From a virus, in IMG/VR virus record IMGVR_UViG_3300011113_000123, positions 32,001 through 96,000 of that record: a DNA stretch of 64,000 bases. One strand, 5' to 3'. The position numbers and the translations under genes were made by a program. How positions within the stretch are numbered: position 1 is the first letter of the stretch; every line of letters starts with the position of its first letter. This document shows, piece after piece, positions 18,954 through 26,991 of this stretch. The notes under the pieces are model-generated. The model was not told the DNA's origin. It did not search any database and saw only the letters and a list, made by a program, of their open reading frames with translations.

Positions 18954-20089
18954 GTAACTATCAGCCGTATACCGTAGAAGACGTGCGACGTTCATCGTCT
19001 CGCGAACTGTTCACTGTAATTTCAACGTTCGCTGGAGGCGGAGGATCTTCGACTGGGTATCGGCTTGCAGGCGGGAAAGTTGTCGCGATCAACGAGTTCG
19101 TTGAGGAAGCAGTAGCTACCTATTCGCGCAACTTTCCCGATACGAAAGTGATTCTTGGGGATATTAAGAACATCACCGGAACAGATCTACTCGCTGCAGG
19201 AAATTTGCATCCAGGCGATCTTGATATCCTTGACGGCTCTCCTCCTTGTTCCGCGTTTTCTTCGTCTGGTAAAGGTAAGAAGGGATGGAACAAGGAGAAG
19301 AAATACTCTGACGGAAAGGTCGTAAAGAACATTGAAGATCTATTCCTTGAATATATAAGGATAGCTGAAGATATCAGCCCTAAGGTAATCGTAGCAGAAA
19401 ACGTCGAGGGTATCACCGCTCGCGCTGCGATTGAAAAACTCAGAGAATTCGTAACAGGCTTCGAGCACGTTTCGCCCGGCTACCAAGTAGTCTATCAGGT
19501 GATGGATGCGTCGAAGTTTGGGGTGCCCCAGAGTCGTATGAGAACCTTCTTCGTGGGAGTTAGGAACGATGTGTTCGCGACTCTGGGGCTGGAGGAGTAT
19601 GAGCTCGCTAGACGAGTTTTTCCAGTACCCACTACGAGTGATGGCGTGTCGATTGGTAGCGCGATCGAAGGGATCGAGAACGATCCAGCAGAAGTTCAAA
19701 TGCTCCTGGACTTCTGCGAAACAAGTTTCCAAAAGAAGTTCGTGGAAACTATGCCATTCAATCCTCATAAGGTGTTGAAGCCAGGTCCTGTTAACGGCAA
19801 GACTTCTTGCTTTAACATGAAACGCCCCGCACCCAATCTTCCTTCTCCTACTCTCACACAGATGGGTCAGCAGCGTAGTGCCAGTGGCGTTATGCACTAT
19901 GCTGCGAATAGGAAGTTGACAATCAAAGAAATGAAGCGTATTATGAGTCTTCCTGATGACTACGAGCTGACTGGCACGTTCGATCAGCAGGCTGAACGTA
20001 TTGGTCGAATGGTTGCGCCGAAGATGATGTGCGCTCTAGCCACATCAATCTATGAAAACATCTTGAAACCATATGAGGAATTGCAATGA
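18950..20089 (+). CDS. C5-cytosine DNA methyltransferase family, probable carboxymethyltransferase
   Basis: FAGGGG, GSPPC, ENV, QSRMR, RKLT..EMKR motifs; motif X reads IGRMV instead of IGNAV. Confidence 0.9.
   Translation: MSNYQPYTVEDVRRSSSRELFTVISTFAGGGGSSTGYRLAGGKVVAINEFVEEAVATYSRNFPDTKVILGDIKNITGTDLLAAGNLHPGDLDILDGSPPCSAFSSSGKGKKGWNKEKKYSDGKVVKNIEDLFLEYIRIAEDISPKVIVAENVEGITARAAIEKLREFVTGFEHVSPGYQVVYQVMDASKFGVPQSRMRTFFVGVRNDVFATLGLEEYELARRVFPVPTTSDGVSIGSAIEGIENDPAEVQMLLDFCETSFQKKFVETMPFNPHKVLKPGPVNGKTSCFNMKRPAPNLPSPTLTQMGQQRSASGVMHYAANRKLTIKEMKRIMSLPDDYELTGTFDQQAERIGRMVAPKMMCALATSIYENILKPYEELQ
19916..19944 (+). promoter_or_regulatory. Intragenic sigma70-type promoter upstream of the CmoA-like gene
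   Basis: TTGACA-N17-TATTAT. Confidence 0.45.
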
Positions 20090-20769
20090 CAGGTAAGTTC
20101 ACGTTCGCTACGCGCGAGGAAGGCTTCGACGAGCATATCGACACCTCGATTCGTGGATATGGTGATCTGTGGCGAGACGTAGTTGATATCTCGCAGTATT
20201 TCGTCGAAGATCAGACCATGGTCGTTGACATCGGTTGCTCGACTGGTAAGATGCTAAAGCATATGATCGCGCAGAACAAGTTCGCTCCCCTGGCTATGTA
20301 CGAAGGCGTTGAGATCGAACCTGAGTTCTGGAAGGATTACGACGAAGACGAACGCAACTGGAGTCAGCTCCAGTATCATAAGGGTAGCGTCCTTGACTAC
20401 GACTTCTACAACTGCTCGTACGTGACTAGCATTTTCACGTTGCAGTTCATGTCGTTCAAGGATAGGAAGCAAGTGTTCGAGCAGGTCCATAGAGGACTGT
20501 TGCCAGGCGGAGCGTTTGTGTTCGCAGAAAAAACTATGCCTGAGAGCGTTCGTATCCACGAGATTCGTACGTTCACCTACTACGACTTTAAGCGCAAAAC
20601 GTTTGCGTCTGACGATATCATGGATAAGGAACGTCAGCTTAGGCATATGACCAAGCCCAGCACTCGGCAGGAAATCGTCGATATGTGTCGGAACGCGGGC
20701 TTCACCGTAGTCGACTCGTTCTGGCAGAACCACGCTTTTACCGGCTTTATCGCTCTTAAGAATCCATAA
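20086..20769 (+). CDS. cmoA: CmoA-like carboxy-S-adenosylmethionine synthase
   Basis: FDEHIDTSIRGY, DIGCSTG, FTLQF, PGGAFVFAEK resemble CmoA-family motifs; ATGA overlap with the MTase. Confidence 0.8.
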   Translation: MTGKFTFATREEGFDEHIDTSIRGYGDLWRDVVDISQYFVEDQTMVVDIGCSTGKMLKHMIAQNKFAPLAMYEGVEIEPEFWKDYDEDERNWSQLQYHKGSVLDYDFYNCSYVTSIFTLQFMSFKDRKQVFEQVHRGLLPGGAFVFAEKTMPESVRIHEIRTFTYYDFKRKTFASDDIMDKERQLRHMTKPSTRQEIVDMCRNAGFTVVDSFWQNHAFTGFIALKNP

Positions 20770-20774
20770 AAGCC

Positions 20775-20803
20775 TTGACAATCGACCCCTAAGCGCGTAC
20801 AAT
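20775..20803 (+). promoter_or_regulatory. Early promoter
   Basis: TTGACA-N17-TACAAT. Confidence 0.85.
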
Positions 20804-20829
20804 GAAAATTGTCAATGATGGAGTCGAAA

Positions 20830-21042
20830 ATGTTTAACGCTATAAAAATCGCTAAGTATAACTTCGTAGAAAACGCGCTTTTCTACTTTCATAATAAAGT
20901 AATCGACTATACGCTTACTACTAATAACGTAACTATACTTAAAATCCTTCTTAAGCTTCAGCGTTATATACTTGCTAAGGGGGTTTGTTACGAAAACTTT
21001 TACGAAACTTTCTACGATCATTACGAAGCTATCGAATACTGA
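20830..21042 (+). CDS. Small early hypothetical protein (AT-rich)
   Basis: GGAG RBS before ATG 20830; own promoter and terminator. Confidence 0.6.
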   Translation: MFNAIKIAKYNFVENALFYFHNKVIDYTLTTNNVTILKILLKLQRYILAKGVCYENFYETFYDHYEAIEY

Positions 21043-21082
21043 TACAAAAAAGTTTCGCTAACGAAATCAGTGACTTAGCACT

Positions 21083-21113
21083 AACCCTCTGTTTTTACAG
21101 GGGGTTTATTTTT
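21083..21113 (+). terminator. Probable terminator
   Basis: AACCCTCTGT / ACAGGGGGTT stem followed by TATTTTT. Confidence 0.65.
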
Positions 21114-21120
21114 GGAAGGT

Positions 21121-21170
21121 GCCATTGACAATCAGCCAGAAACCCCGTAGAATCAATATAGTGAATGGAG
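21121..21170 (+). repeat. 50-bp promoter+RBS repeat, copy 1 (early promoter)
   Basis: TTGACA-N17-TAGAAT..GGAG; 48/50 identical to 21375-21424. Confidence 0.9.
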
Positions 21171-21176
21171 GCTGAT

Positions 21177-21239
21177 ATGGATAACTCGACCCAAGCTGAT
21201 TCGGCTGACTACGAAATCCCCTACGTCTCCCGCCGCTAA
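21177..21239 (+). CDS. 20-aa microprotein MDNSTQADSADYEIPYVSRR
   Basis: GGAGG RBS directly downstream of a consensus promoter. Confidence 0.4.
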   Translation: MDNSTQADSADYEIPYVSRR

Positions 21240-21253
21240 TCTGGAGCTTGACT

Positions 21254-21382
21254 ATGCACACTGAGGCTTTGCTTTACGCTTTCGCTCCCCTTATCGCCTA
21301 TGCTCTAGGCTCAGTTCTGACCCTCATCTGCTACAGCTACGCTATAAGAAAAAAGACCAAAAACGCCAAAAAGGGCCATTGA
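21254..21382 (+). CDS. 42-aa single-TM membrane peptide with basic tail
   Basis: GGAG RBS; MHTEALLYAFAPLIAYALGSVLTLICYSYAIRKKTKNAKKGH. Confidence 0.5.
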   Translation: MHTEALLYAFAPLIAYALGSVLTLICYSYAIRKKTKNAKKGH

Positions 21383-21424
21383 CAATCAACCAGGAACCCC
21401 GTAGAATCAATATAGTGAATGGAG
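21375..21424 (+). repeat. 50-bp promoter+RBS repeat, copy 2 (early promoter)
   Basis: TTGACA(21379)-N17-TAGAAT..GGAG. Confidence 0.9.
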
Positions 21425-21429
21425 CCAAC

Positions 21430-21636
21430 ATGAAACTGATTCTTTCTTATGGGGAAATCCCTGATGTGGAAATCGAAGGAAACTTCGACTTCGACTCTGC
21501 GCTTGCATACATCGAAATGCTTGAGAATCAGGAAAATCCTGAAATCGAAGGAGCTGAAGTGCTTCTCAGAGATGGAGTCGACGAATGGTTCCTTGACTCT
21601 GACGAAAACTCGCTCTACTGGTCTAAGATTGTCTAA
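21430..21636 (+). CDS. Small acidic early protein
   Basis: ATG 21430 after GGAG. Confidence 0.65.
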   Translation: MKLILSYGEIPDVEIEGNFDFDSALAYIEMLENQENPEIEGAEVLLRDGVDEWFLDSDENSLYWSKIV

Positions 21637-21649
21637 CAGGAGCTGACCG

Positions 21650-21859
21650 ATGGTAAACGTGGAAAAGGTGTCCAAGTTCTTAAAAGAATGGTTCGACGAT
21701 GCCGACAAGGTTGAGTATCACAATGTTGCTGGCGGCTATTGGGACGTGATATACTATGATGGCGACGACGTTCGCGTCGAGGCGTACAAGTTCGTGGATG
21801 GGAAGTTGAAAAACTTTTCTTCCATGGTGTACGGGGAAGACATGTACGAAGAAGAATGA
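21650..21859 (+). CDS. Small acidic early protein
   Basis: AGGAG RBS; operon packing. Confidence 0.65.
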   Translation: MVNVEKVSKFLKEWFDDADKVEYHNVAGGYWDVIYYDGDDVRVEAYKFVDGKLKNFSSMVYGEDMYEEE

Positions 21860-21874
21860 GACTGGAGATGTGCT

Positions 21875-22084
21875 ATGGTTGAACAGATTACCCACGTTGT
21901 CGAATTCAGCTATTGGTATCGCTGCAACTACGGAATGGAGCTAGGTTCCAACGAAAGGAATTTCGTCAGTGAGTCTGCGGCCGATGAGTACGCGGATTAT
22001 CTGATGAAGAACCACGAAGTGGTATCAGTTCGTGTCGTCAAGCTCGATAAGCCGTTCATGGCTGGCTCTCAGTTCGAGGAGTAA
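21875..22084 (+). CDS. Small early protein
   Basis: GGAG RBS; operon packing. Confidence 0.6.
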   Translation: MVEQITHVVEFSYWYRCNYGMELGSNERNFVSESAADEYADYLMKNHEVVSVRVVKLDKPFMAGSQFEE

Positions 22085-22088
22085 TGCG

Positions 22089-22262
22089 ATGATTAAGCTC
22101 AACGATCGCGTTCAATATATCAAAAGCATCGAGTGGGGCCCAGCGACTGGCGATACTGGCGTTGTGATACACGTCTTCAGCGACGGAACGTTTCTGGTTC
22201 GTGTTGACGGTGCGCCTGGCGCCTACTGCACTCATCGTCGTGAAGTTGCTGTTATTAAGTGA
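22089..22262 (+). CDS. Small SH3/KOW-like early protein
   Basis: GAGGAG RBS; LNDRV...GDTGVV..V..DG.FLVRVDG pattern. Confidence 0.55.
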   Translation: MIKLNDRVQYIKSIEWGPATGDTGVVIHVFSDGTFLVRVDGAPGAYCTHRREVAVIK

Positions 22263-22360
22263 AGGACAGTAGCGATGACTGAATTCTTTCAAGACGCATA
22301 AGTTCATGACTGGTCCTATGTTCGGTTGTGTTAAGTTTCAATCTAGGGGATGAAGTGACA

Positions 22361-22597
22361 ATGTTCGTATTCGTGTTTGAGGATGTACTGATCGACTACT
22401 CTGCTGGTATGGCAGTGATTGTTGCTAATGATCTTCAGCGCGCTCAGAAAATGGCTTATGAAAAGTTTGGTGTTCGTGAGTCGTATGAACAGTTCATGGC
22501 TTCCGAAGATGGGGCGGGTTTTGCAAAGCCTACTGCTGAGTTCCGCACTGATGACTTCGAAGAAGAGCAGATTAAGTATGTGTATGGTGGAGGTTGA
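22361..22597 (+). CDS. Small early protein
   Basis: ATG 22361; ends YVYGGG. Confidence 0.6.
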   Translation: MFVFVFEDVLIDYSAGMAVIVANDLQRAQKMAYEKFGVRESYEQFMASEDGAGFAKPTAEFRTDDFEEEQIKYVYGGG

Positions 22598-22598
22598 T

Positions 22599-22796
22599 AT
22601 GACTGTGAAGTATCGTATTCAACTTGTAGAATCCGAGCGTGGATGGGGTCAGGAATACTGGTCTGAAGAGTATGACACGTTCGAAGAAGCGAAGGAACGT
22701 ATCAAAGACGTCAATTCTAAGAACATCGGCGCAACCGTTCCTGGTTGGTATATGCAAGCCGAAGAAACGATTGAAGCCGTCGAGGCTGAAAGATAA
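22599..22796 (+). CDS. Small early protein
   Basis: GGAGG RBS; VESERGWGQ motif. Confidence 0.65.
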   Translation: MTVKYRIQLVESERGWGQEYWSEEYDTFEEAKERIKDVNSKNIGATVPGWYMQAEETIEAVEAER

Positions 22797-22799
22797 CCC

Positions 22800-22828
22800 T
22801 TGACAACTATCCGCCAGCGTAGTACAAT
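22800..22828 (+). promoter_or_regulatory. Early promoter
   Basis: TTGACA-N17-TACAAT. Confidence 0.85.
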
Positions 22829-22834
22829 TATTAA

Positions 22835-25156
22835 ATGATGAAGGAGAGAACTATGGCTGAACAGAAAACTGTAACTCCTGGCGGATCGCTCGATAAGCTC
22901 GCGAAGCTCCTCGCGGCTGAGAACATTATGGTTGAGCATAAGCCCATCAAGACGGCTTACTTCGACGTGAAGAATCGCGTTCTAGCCCTTCCTATGTGGA
23001 AGGAGATGACTGAGTCGCTCTATCACATGCTCGTCCTCCACGAGGTCGGTCATGCGCTGGATACGCCCGCTGACGGCTGGAAGGGTGCAATCGACAAGGT
23101 CAAGGAAGAAGAGAAATCTTCGTTCGTGGCTCAGACGTTTCAGGGCTACCTCAACGTCGTCGAAGACGCGCGCATTGAGCGTAAAATCAAAGCCAAGTTT
23201 CCTGGCTCGCGTAAGGATTTCGTCGACGGCTACAACTGGCTGCACGACCAAGACTTCTTCTCGATCAAGAACGAGAACATCGACAATCTGTCGCTGATTG
23301 ATCGTATCAATCTCTATTTCAAGCTCGGTACGCGCCTTCGTCTCAAGTTCACTGACGAAGAGCGAGTGTTCGTTCGTCGCGCTGAGCAGACTATCACGTT
23401 CGACGACGTGATCAAGTTGGCTGAGGATATCTTGGCTTACGCTAAGAAGAAGCGCGAAGAAGAGAACGAGCAGGAAGAGAATAGCTTCACTATCGCTATG
23501 GAAGGCGAAGACGGCGAAGAGTCTGACGACTTCGACGATTTTGACGAAGACGAGGCTGACGACTCTGACGACGAGAGCGGCAACCAGCGTTCGTCGAAGG
23601 GTGAAGGTGATATCCAGGACGACTCTGGCGGTGGTCGTAAGGGTGGGAGTTCTTCGAAGCCTGTTGATGAGGCTAAGACTGACTCTGCGATGAACGATCG
23701 TATGGAAGAGCTGCTCGACGAGAAAGTGTCGGGGCGTTCTTTCACCTACATCATGTACCCTAAGGATATCACGCACGAGGAGTTCGTCGTTCCTTACAAG
23801 ACCGTTCTTCAGCTCGTCGAGGGTGATTTCAATAAATGCTCCGACAAGGCTAAGGTTGTCGAGTATCGTAACTGGCTGGCCAATCGTTTCCGTGCGGAAA
23901 ACAACACGGCTATCAACTATATGGTCAAAGAGTTCGAGATGAAGAAGGCTGCTGTCGCATACTCGCGCAGCAAGCAGGCTAAGACTGGCGTCATCGATAC
24001 GAACAAGCTGCACGGCTATAAGTTCAATGATGATATCTTTAAGCGCCTGACGATTGAGCCGACTGGCAAGAACCATGGCGTCGTTGTTATCCTCGACATG
24101 TCTGGTTCTATGACTACCAACTACAAGGGCGCGATGGATCAGTTGATTTGTCTGGCTATGTTCTGTCGTCGTGTTGGTATTCCTCATCGTATCTATGGGT
24201 TTACCCAGGTTACGGATGACTTCAATAAGTTCGACAAGACGAGACGTCTTAAGAAGACGGAGATGTTTGCGCGTATCTCGCGTCGTGTTGGTGATAAGAG
24301 CTTCATATTCCCTGACATGGACTTTGATCTCGTAGAGTTCTTCCACGAGTCGATGTCGCTCAAGGAATTCAACACCATGGTTGGTACCTTGCTGCTTTCA
24401 GCCAAGATGCAGCATAGGCACCTTAGTGATGATTTCCTTGGAAAAACGCCACTCTCTGAGTTCCTTTCTCGCAACGTGAAAGATTATCATTACGGCTTCC
24501 TGCATTTCCTTCAGCTGGGTGGTACTCCGCTGAACGATGCGATCCTTGTATCTCGTGATCTGTTGGCTAAGTTCCGCAAGGAAAAGAACATTCAGATCAT
24601 GAACTTCGTGTGCATCACTGACGGCGAAAGTAATGGCTCGTCCTACTACAGACCGAGCCGGCATCCTGATTCTCTCCATAAGGAAGAGAATCTTGCATGT
24701 CGCTCTAACAAGTATGACAAGAATACGAATATCTTCATTGACGAAGAGAGCCGTATTCAAACCATGATCCAGTTCCAAGAGAACTACCAGATCACGGCTA
24801 TGTTTGCTCGTACCGTGAGCAAGTCGCAGAACACGACGTTCGTTGGCTTCTATATCGTCAATGGTACCTATGATGTTCGTGGTGTCGCCTATCGATATGC
24901 TCTTAATAACATGATTGAAGAGTTCATGGCTAAGTGGAAGAAGAGCAAGGGCGAGATCGCTGTCGATGGCATGCTCAACTTCGATGTGTTCTACATCATC
25001 TTGGGCGGAAGGAATCTCGAAGCCCAGCAGACTACGTTCGAAGAAGCCAAAGACTTGAAGAAGGGTCAGTTAGCCAGAGCTTTCATCACAGCTCAGACCA
25101 AACGCGGCGCTTCCCGCACTGTTCTTGGCAAATTCATCGAGAAGATCGCGGCTTGA
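22835..25156 (+). CDS. HExxH metallopeptidase-like + vWA domain protein (CobT-like partner of MoxR ATPase)
   Basis: LHEVGHAL, NVVEDARIE, acidic linker, MIDAS DMSGS, GGTPL, ITDGE. Confidence 0.85.
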   Translation: MMKERTMAEQKTVTPGGSLDKLAKLLAAENIMVEHKPIKTAYFDVKNRVLALPMWKEMTESLYHMLVLHEVGHALDTPADGWKGAIDKVKEEEKSSFVAQTFQGYLNVVEDARIERKIKAKFPGSRKDFVDGYNWLHDQDFFSIKNENIDNLSLIDRINLYFKLGTRLRLKFTDEERVFVRRAEQTITFDDVIKLAEDILAYAKKKREEENEQEENSFTIAMEGEDGEESDDFDDFDEDEADDSDDESGNQRSSKGEGDIQDDSGGGRKGGSSSKPVDEAKTDSAMNDRMEELLDEKVSGRSFTYIMYPKDITHEEFVVPYKTVLQLVEGDFNKCSDKAKVVEYRNWLANRFRAENNTAINYMVKEFEMKKAAVAYSRSKQAKTGVIDTNKLHGYKFNDDIFKRLTIEPTGKNHGVVVILDMSGSMTTNYKGAMDQLICLAMFCRRVGIPHRIYGFTQVTDDFNKFDKTRRLKKTEMFARISRRVGDKSFIFPDMDFDLVEFFHESMSLKEFNTMVGTLLLSAKMQHRHLSDDFLGKTPLSEFLSRNVKDYHYGFLHFLQLGGTPLNDAILVSRDLLAKFRKEKNIQIMNFVCITDGESNGSSYYRPSRHPDSLHKEENLACRSNKYDKNTNIFIDEESRIQTMIQFQENYQITAMFARTVSKSQNTTFVGFYIVNGTYDVRGVAYRYALNNMIEEFMAKWKKSKGEIAVDGMLNFDVFYIILGGRNLEAQQTTFEEAKDLKKGQLARAFITAQTKRGASRTVLGKFIEKIAA

Positions 25157-25181
25157 CAACGAGCCGCGACCCCTATATACT
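25153..25181 (+). promoter_or_regulatory. Early promoter
   Basis: TTGACA-N17-TATACT. Confidence 0.8.
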
Positions 25182-25209
25182 AAGTCTAATGGTTAGAGGA
25201 GATGGGCTA

Positions 25210-25389
25210 ATGCGTCGCATGCGTTTCAAGGTATCATATACCCTCAAGAACGAAAACAAGCTGCTGGAAGACTATTCCCTCGGGTTTAACGAATTGCGTC
25301 TTGCCATTGTCTTCATGAAGCAGCTCGCGAATGTTGATGGCTTTCTTGGCGGAAAGCTGGTTGGCAAACCGACCATCGAAAGAATGTGA
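25210..25389 (+). CDS. Hypothetical protein
   Basis: GAGGAG RBS before ATG 25210. Confidence 0.55.
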   Translation: MRRMRFKVSYTLKNENKLLEDYSLGFNELRLAIVFMKQLANVDGFLGGKLVGKPTIERM

Positions 25390-25390
25390 C

Positions 25391-25419
25391 TTGACAACCA
25401 CGCGCCAACGTGATACAAT
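25391..25419 (+). promoter_or_regulatory. Early promoter
   Basis: TTGACA-N17-TACAAT with TG extension. Confidence 0.85.
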
Positions 25420-25439
25420 ATGTTATATGATGAAGAAAG

Positions 25440-26636
25440 GTGAATGTGATGCTCAAGGCTAATCAACTCAAGTTCCTCGAACTCGCTACTGAAAAGTTTG
25501 GCGTAGAAGCTGTTGTTCCTGTCTCAGAGCTCGTTGCTCTGGCAGAATCTAACGGTATGGCAAACGCTGATCATCATTGGCTTTATAAGTCAACGTATCG
25601 CGCTGGGCGTGCTCAGTATCGTTTGCCGCGCCATGAAGCTGATACTACTTCGCTGGCGGCTATGGCTGCTGACATTGTTCCTATTCGTCGTGAGTCGCCT
25701 GTGGCTAAGAAGTTCGATCCGAACGTTGTTTCCGAGCACGAGTATGCGCAGATTCCTGCTAAGGATAAGCACTACGTTGCGTTTGGCGAATTCAAGATGA
25801 TCGAGAAGATCATCAGCTCTGCCAAGTTTTTCCCTGTGTTCATTTCTGGTCATTCCGGCAACGGTAAGACCTTCATGGTCGAGCAGGTTTGCGCCAAGGT
25901 CAAGCGCCCGATGATTCGCGTACAGATGTCGCGCGAGACTGACGAAGACGATCTCATTGGCGGCTTCCGTCTCATCGAAGGTGAGACTAAGTTCATGAAG
26001 GGCCCAGTGCTTCGTGCTATGGAGCTTGGTGCGATTCTGCTCATCGACGAGGCTGACCGTGCTGATCCTGGTAAGGCTATGTGCTTGCAGGGTATCCTCG
26101 AAGGTAAGCCGTACTACATGAAGAAGACTGGCGAGATCGTTACCGCGGCTCCTGGCTTCAACGTGATTGTTACTGCGAACACCAAGGGTCGTGGCTCTGA
26201 CGATGGTCGCTATGTTGCGGCTACCATGCTCGACGATGCGTGGCTTGAGCGTTTCCCGATCACCATTGAGCAGGAGTATCCTGCGCCTTCGATTGAGAAA
26301 AAGATCTTGACAAACTATCTGTCCGATGATACAATGACTGATGATGATAAGTCATTCGTTGAACATCTTGTTGTCTGGTCCGAGATTATCCGCAAGACTT
26401 TCACTGAAGGTGCGATTGACGAGCTCATTTCTACTCGTCGCCTTGTTCACATCGCACAGACTTATCGTATGCTTGGCGATCGCATGAAGGCTATTCGCCT
26501 GTGCATTAACCGTTTCGACGAAGAGACGAAGACTGCGTTCCTCGATCTCTATTCTAAGGTTGATCCTACCATCAACCCCGTCCCCGAGACTCCTGCTGTA
26601 GTTGCAGCGGAGAACAGTCAGGAAATTGCTTTCTGA
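25440..26636 (+). CDS. MoxR/CobS-like AAA+ ATPase
   Basis: GHSGNGKT, DEDDLIGG, LLIDE, ANTKGRG, ERF, STRRL. Confidence 0.9.
   Translation: MNVMLKANQLKFLELATEKFGVEAVVPVSELVALAESNGMANADHHWLYKSTYRAGRAQYRLPRHEADTTSLAAMAADIVPIRRESPVAKKFDPNVVSEHEYAQIPAKDKHYVAFGEFKMIEKIISSAKFFPVFISGHSGNGKTFMVEQVCAKVKRPMIRVQMSRETDEDDLIGGFRLIEGETKFMKGPVLRAMELGAILLIDEADRADPGKAMCLQGILEGKPYYMKKTGEIVTAAPGFNVIVTANTKGRGSDDGRYVAATMLDDAWLERFPITIEQEYPAPSIEKKILTNYLSDDTMTDDDKSFVEHLVVWSEIIRKTFTEGAIDELISTRRLVHIAQTYRMLGDRMKAIRLCINRFDEETKTAFLDLYSKVDPTINPVPETPAVVAAENSQEIAF
26307..26335 (+). promoter_or_regulatory. Intragenic sigma70-type promoter
   Basis: TTGACA-N17-TACAAT with TG extension inside the AAA gene. Confidence 0.55.
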
Positions 26637-26668
26637 CTGTAATCTAAACCAAACTGGAGTATGACTAT

Positions 26669-26935
26669 ATGACTAAGACTGATTCTGTTCTCACTGCCCT
26701 CAAGAACGGTGAAGAGCTGACAGCCGCACAGATCAAGGCTCGCTTCTCTGTCGGCAATCCGCATGAGGTGATTCGTACGCTGCGCGAGCGTGGCTATGCA
26801 GTCTATCTCAACGAGCGCACCAACTCGAAGGGTGAGGTCACTCATAAGTACCGCCTCGGTACGCCTTCTCGTCAGATGGTTGCTCTGGCGTATGCTGTTA
26901 TGGGTAACGAAGTCTTCGTTCGCGAAGCTGCGTGA
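26669..26935 (+). CDS. Winged-helix DNA-binding protein
   Basis: VLTALKNGEELTAAQI..RF...NP...IRTLRERGY..YRLG pattern. Confidence 0.7.
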   Translation: MTKTDSVLTALKNGEELTAAQIKARFSVGNPHEVIRTLRERGYAVYLNERTNSKGEVTHKYRLGTPSRQMVALAYAVMGNEVFVREAA

Positions 26936-26944
26936 TGCTATATA

Positions 26945-26977
26945 AGGGAGGGGGAGCAATTCCCCTCCCTACATTTC
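26945..26977 (+). terminator. Terminator-like hairpin
   Basis: AGGGAGGGGGA-GCAA-TTCCCCTCCCT. Confidence 0.7.
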
Positions 26978-26991
26978 TATGGAGCATTTAA

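Noticed and set aside
20086-20769. CmoA-like gene as part of tRNA cmo5U modification
   Set aside because: No cmoB-like gene seen, and it is translationally coupled to a DNA C5-MTase; not fully excluded because the host CmoB could use the product
22982-24346. 454-aa minus-strand ORF (also 27304-28152, 1377-1961, 17817-18398 and similar)
   Set aside because: Fully antisense to well-supported genes with no recognisable motifs; typical shadow frames caused by codon bias
25440-26636. cobS as a cobalamin-biosynthesis auxiliary gene
   Set aside because: No cobN or other cob genes in the window; features fit a generic MoxR AAA+/vWA pair
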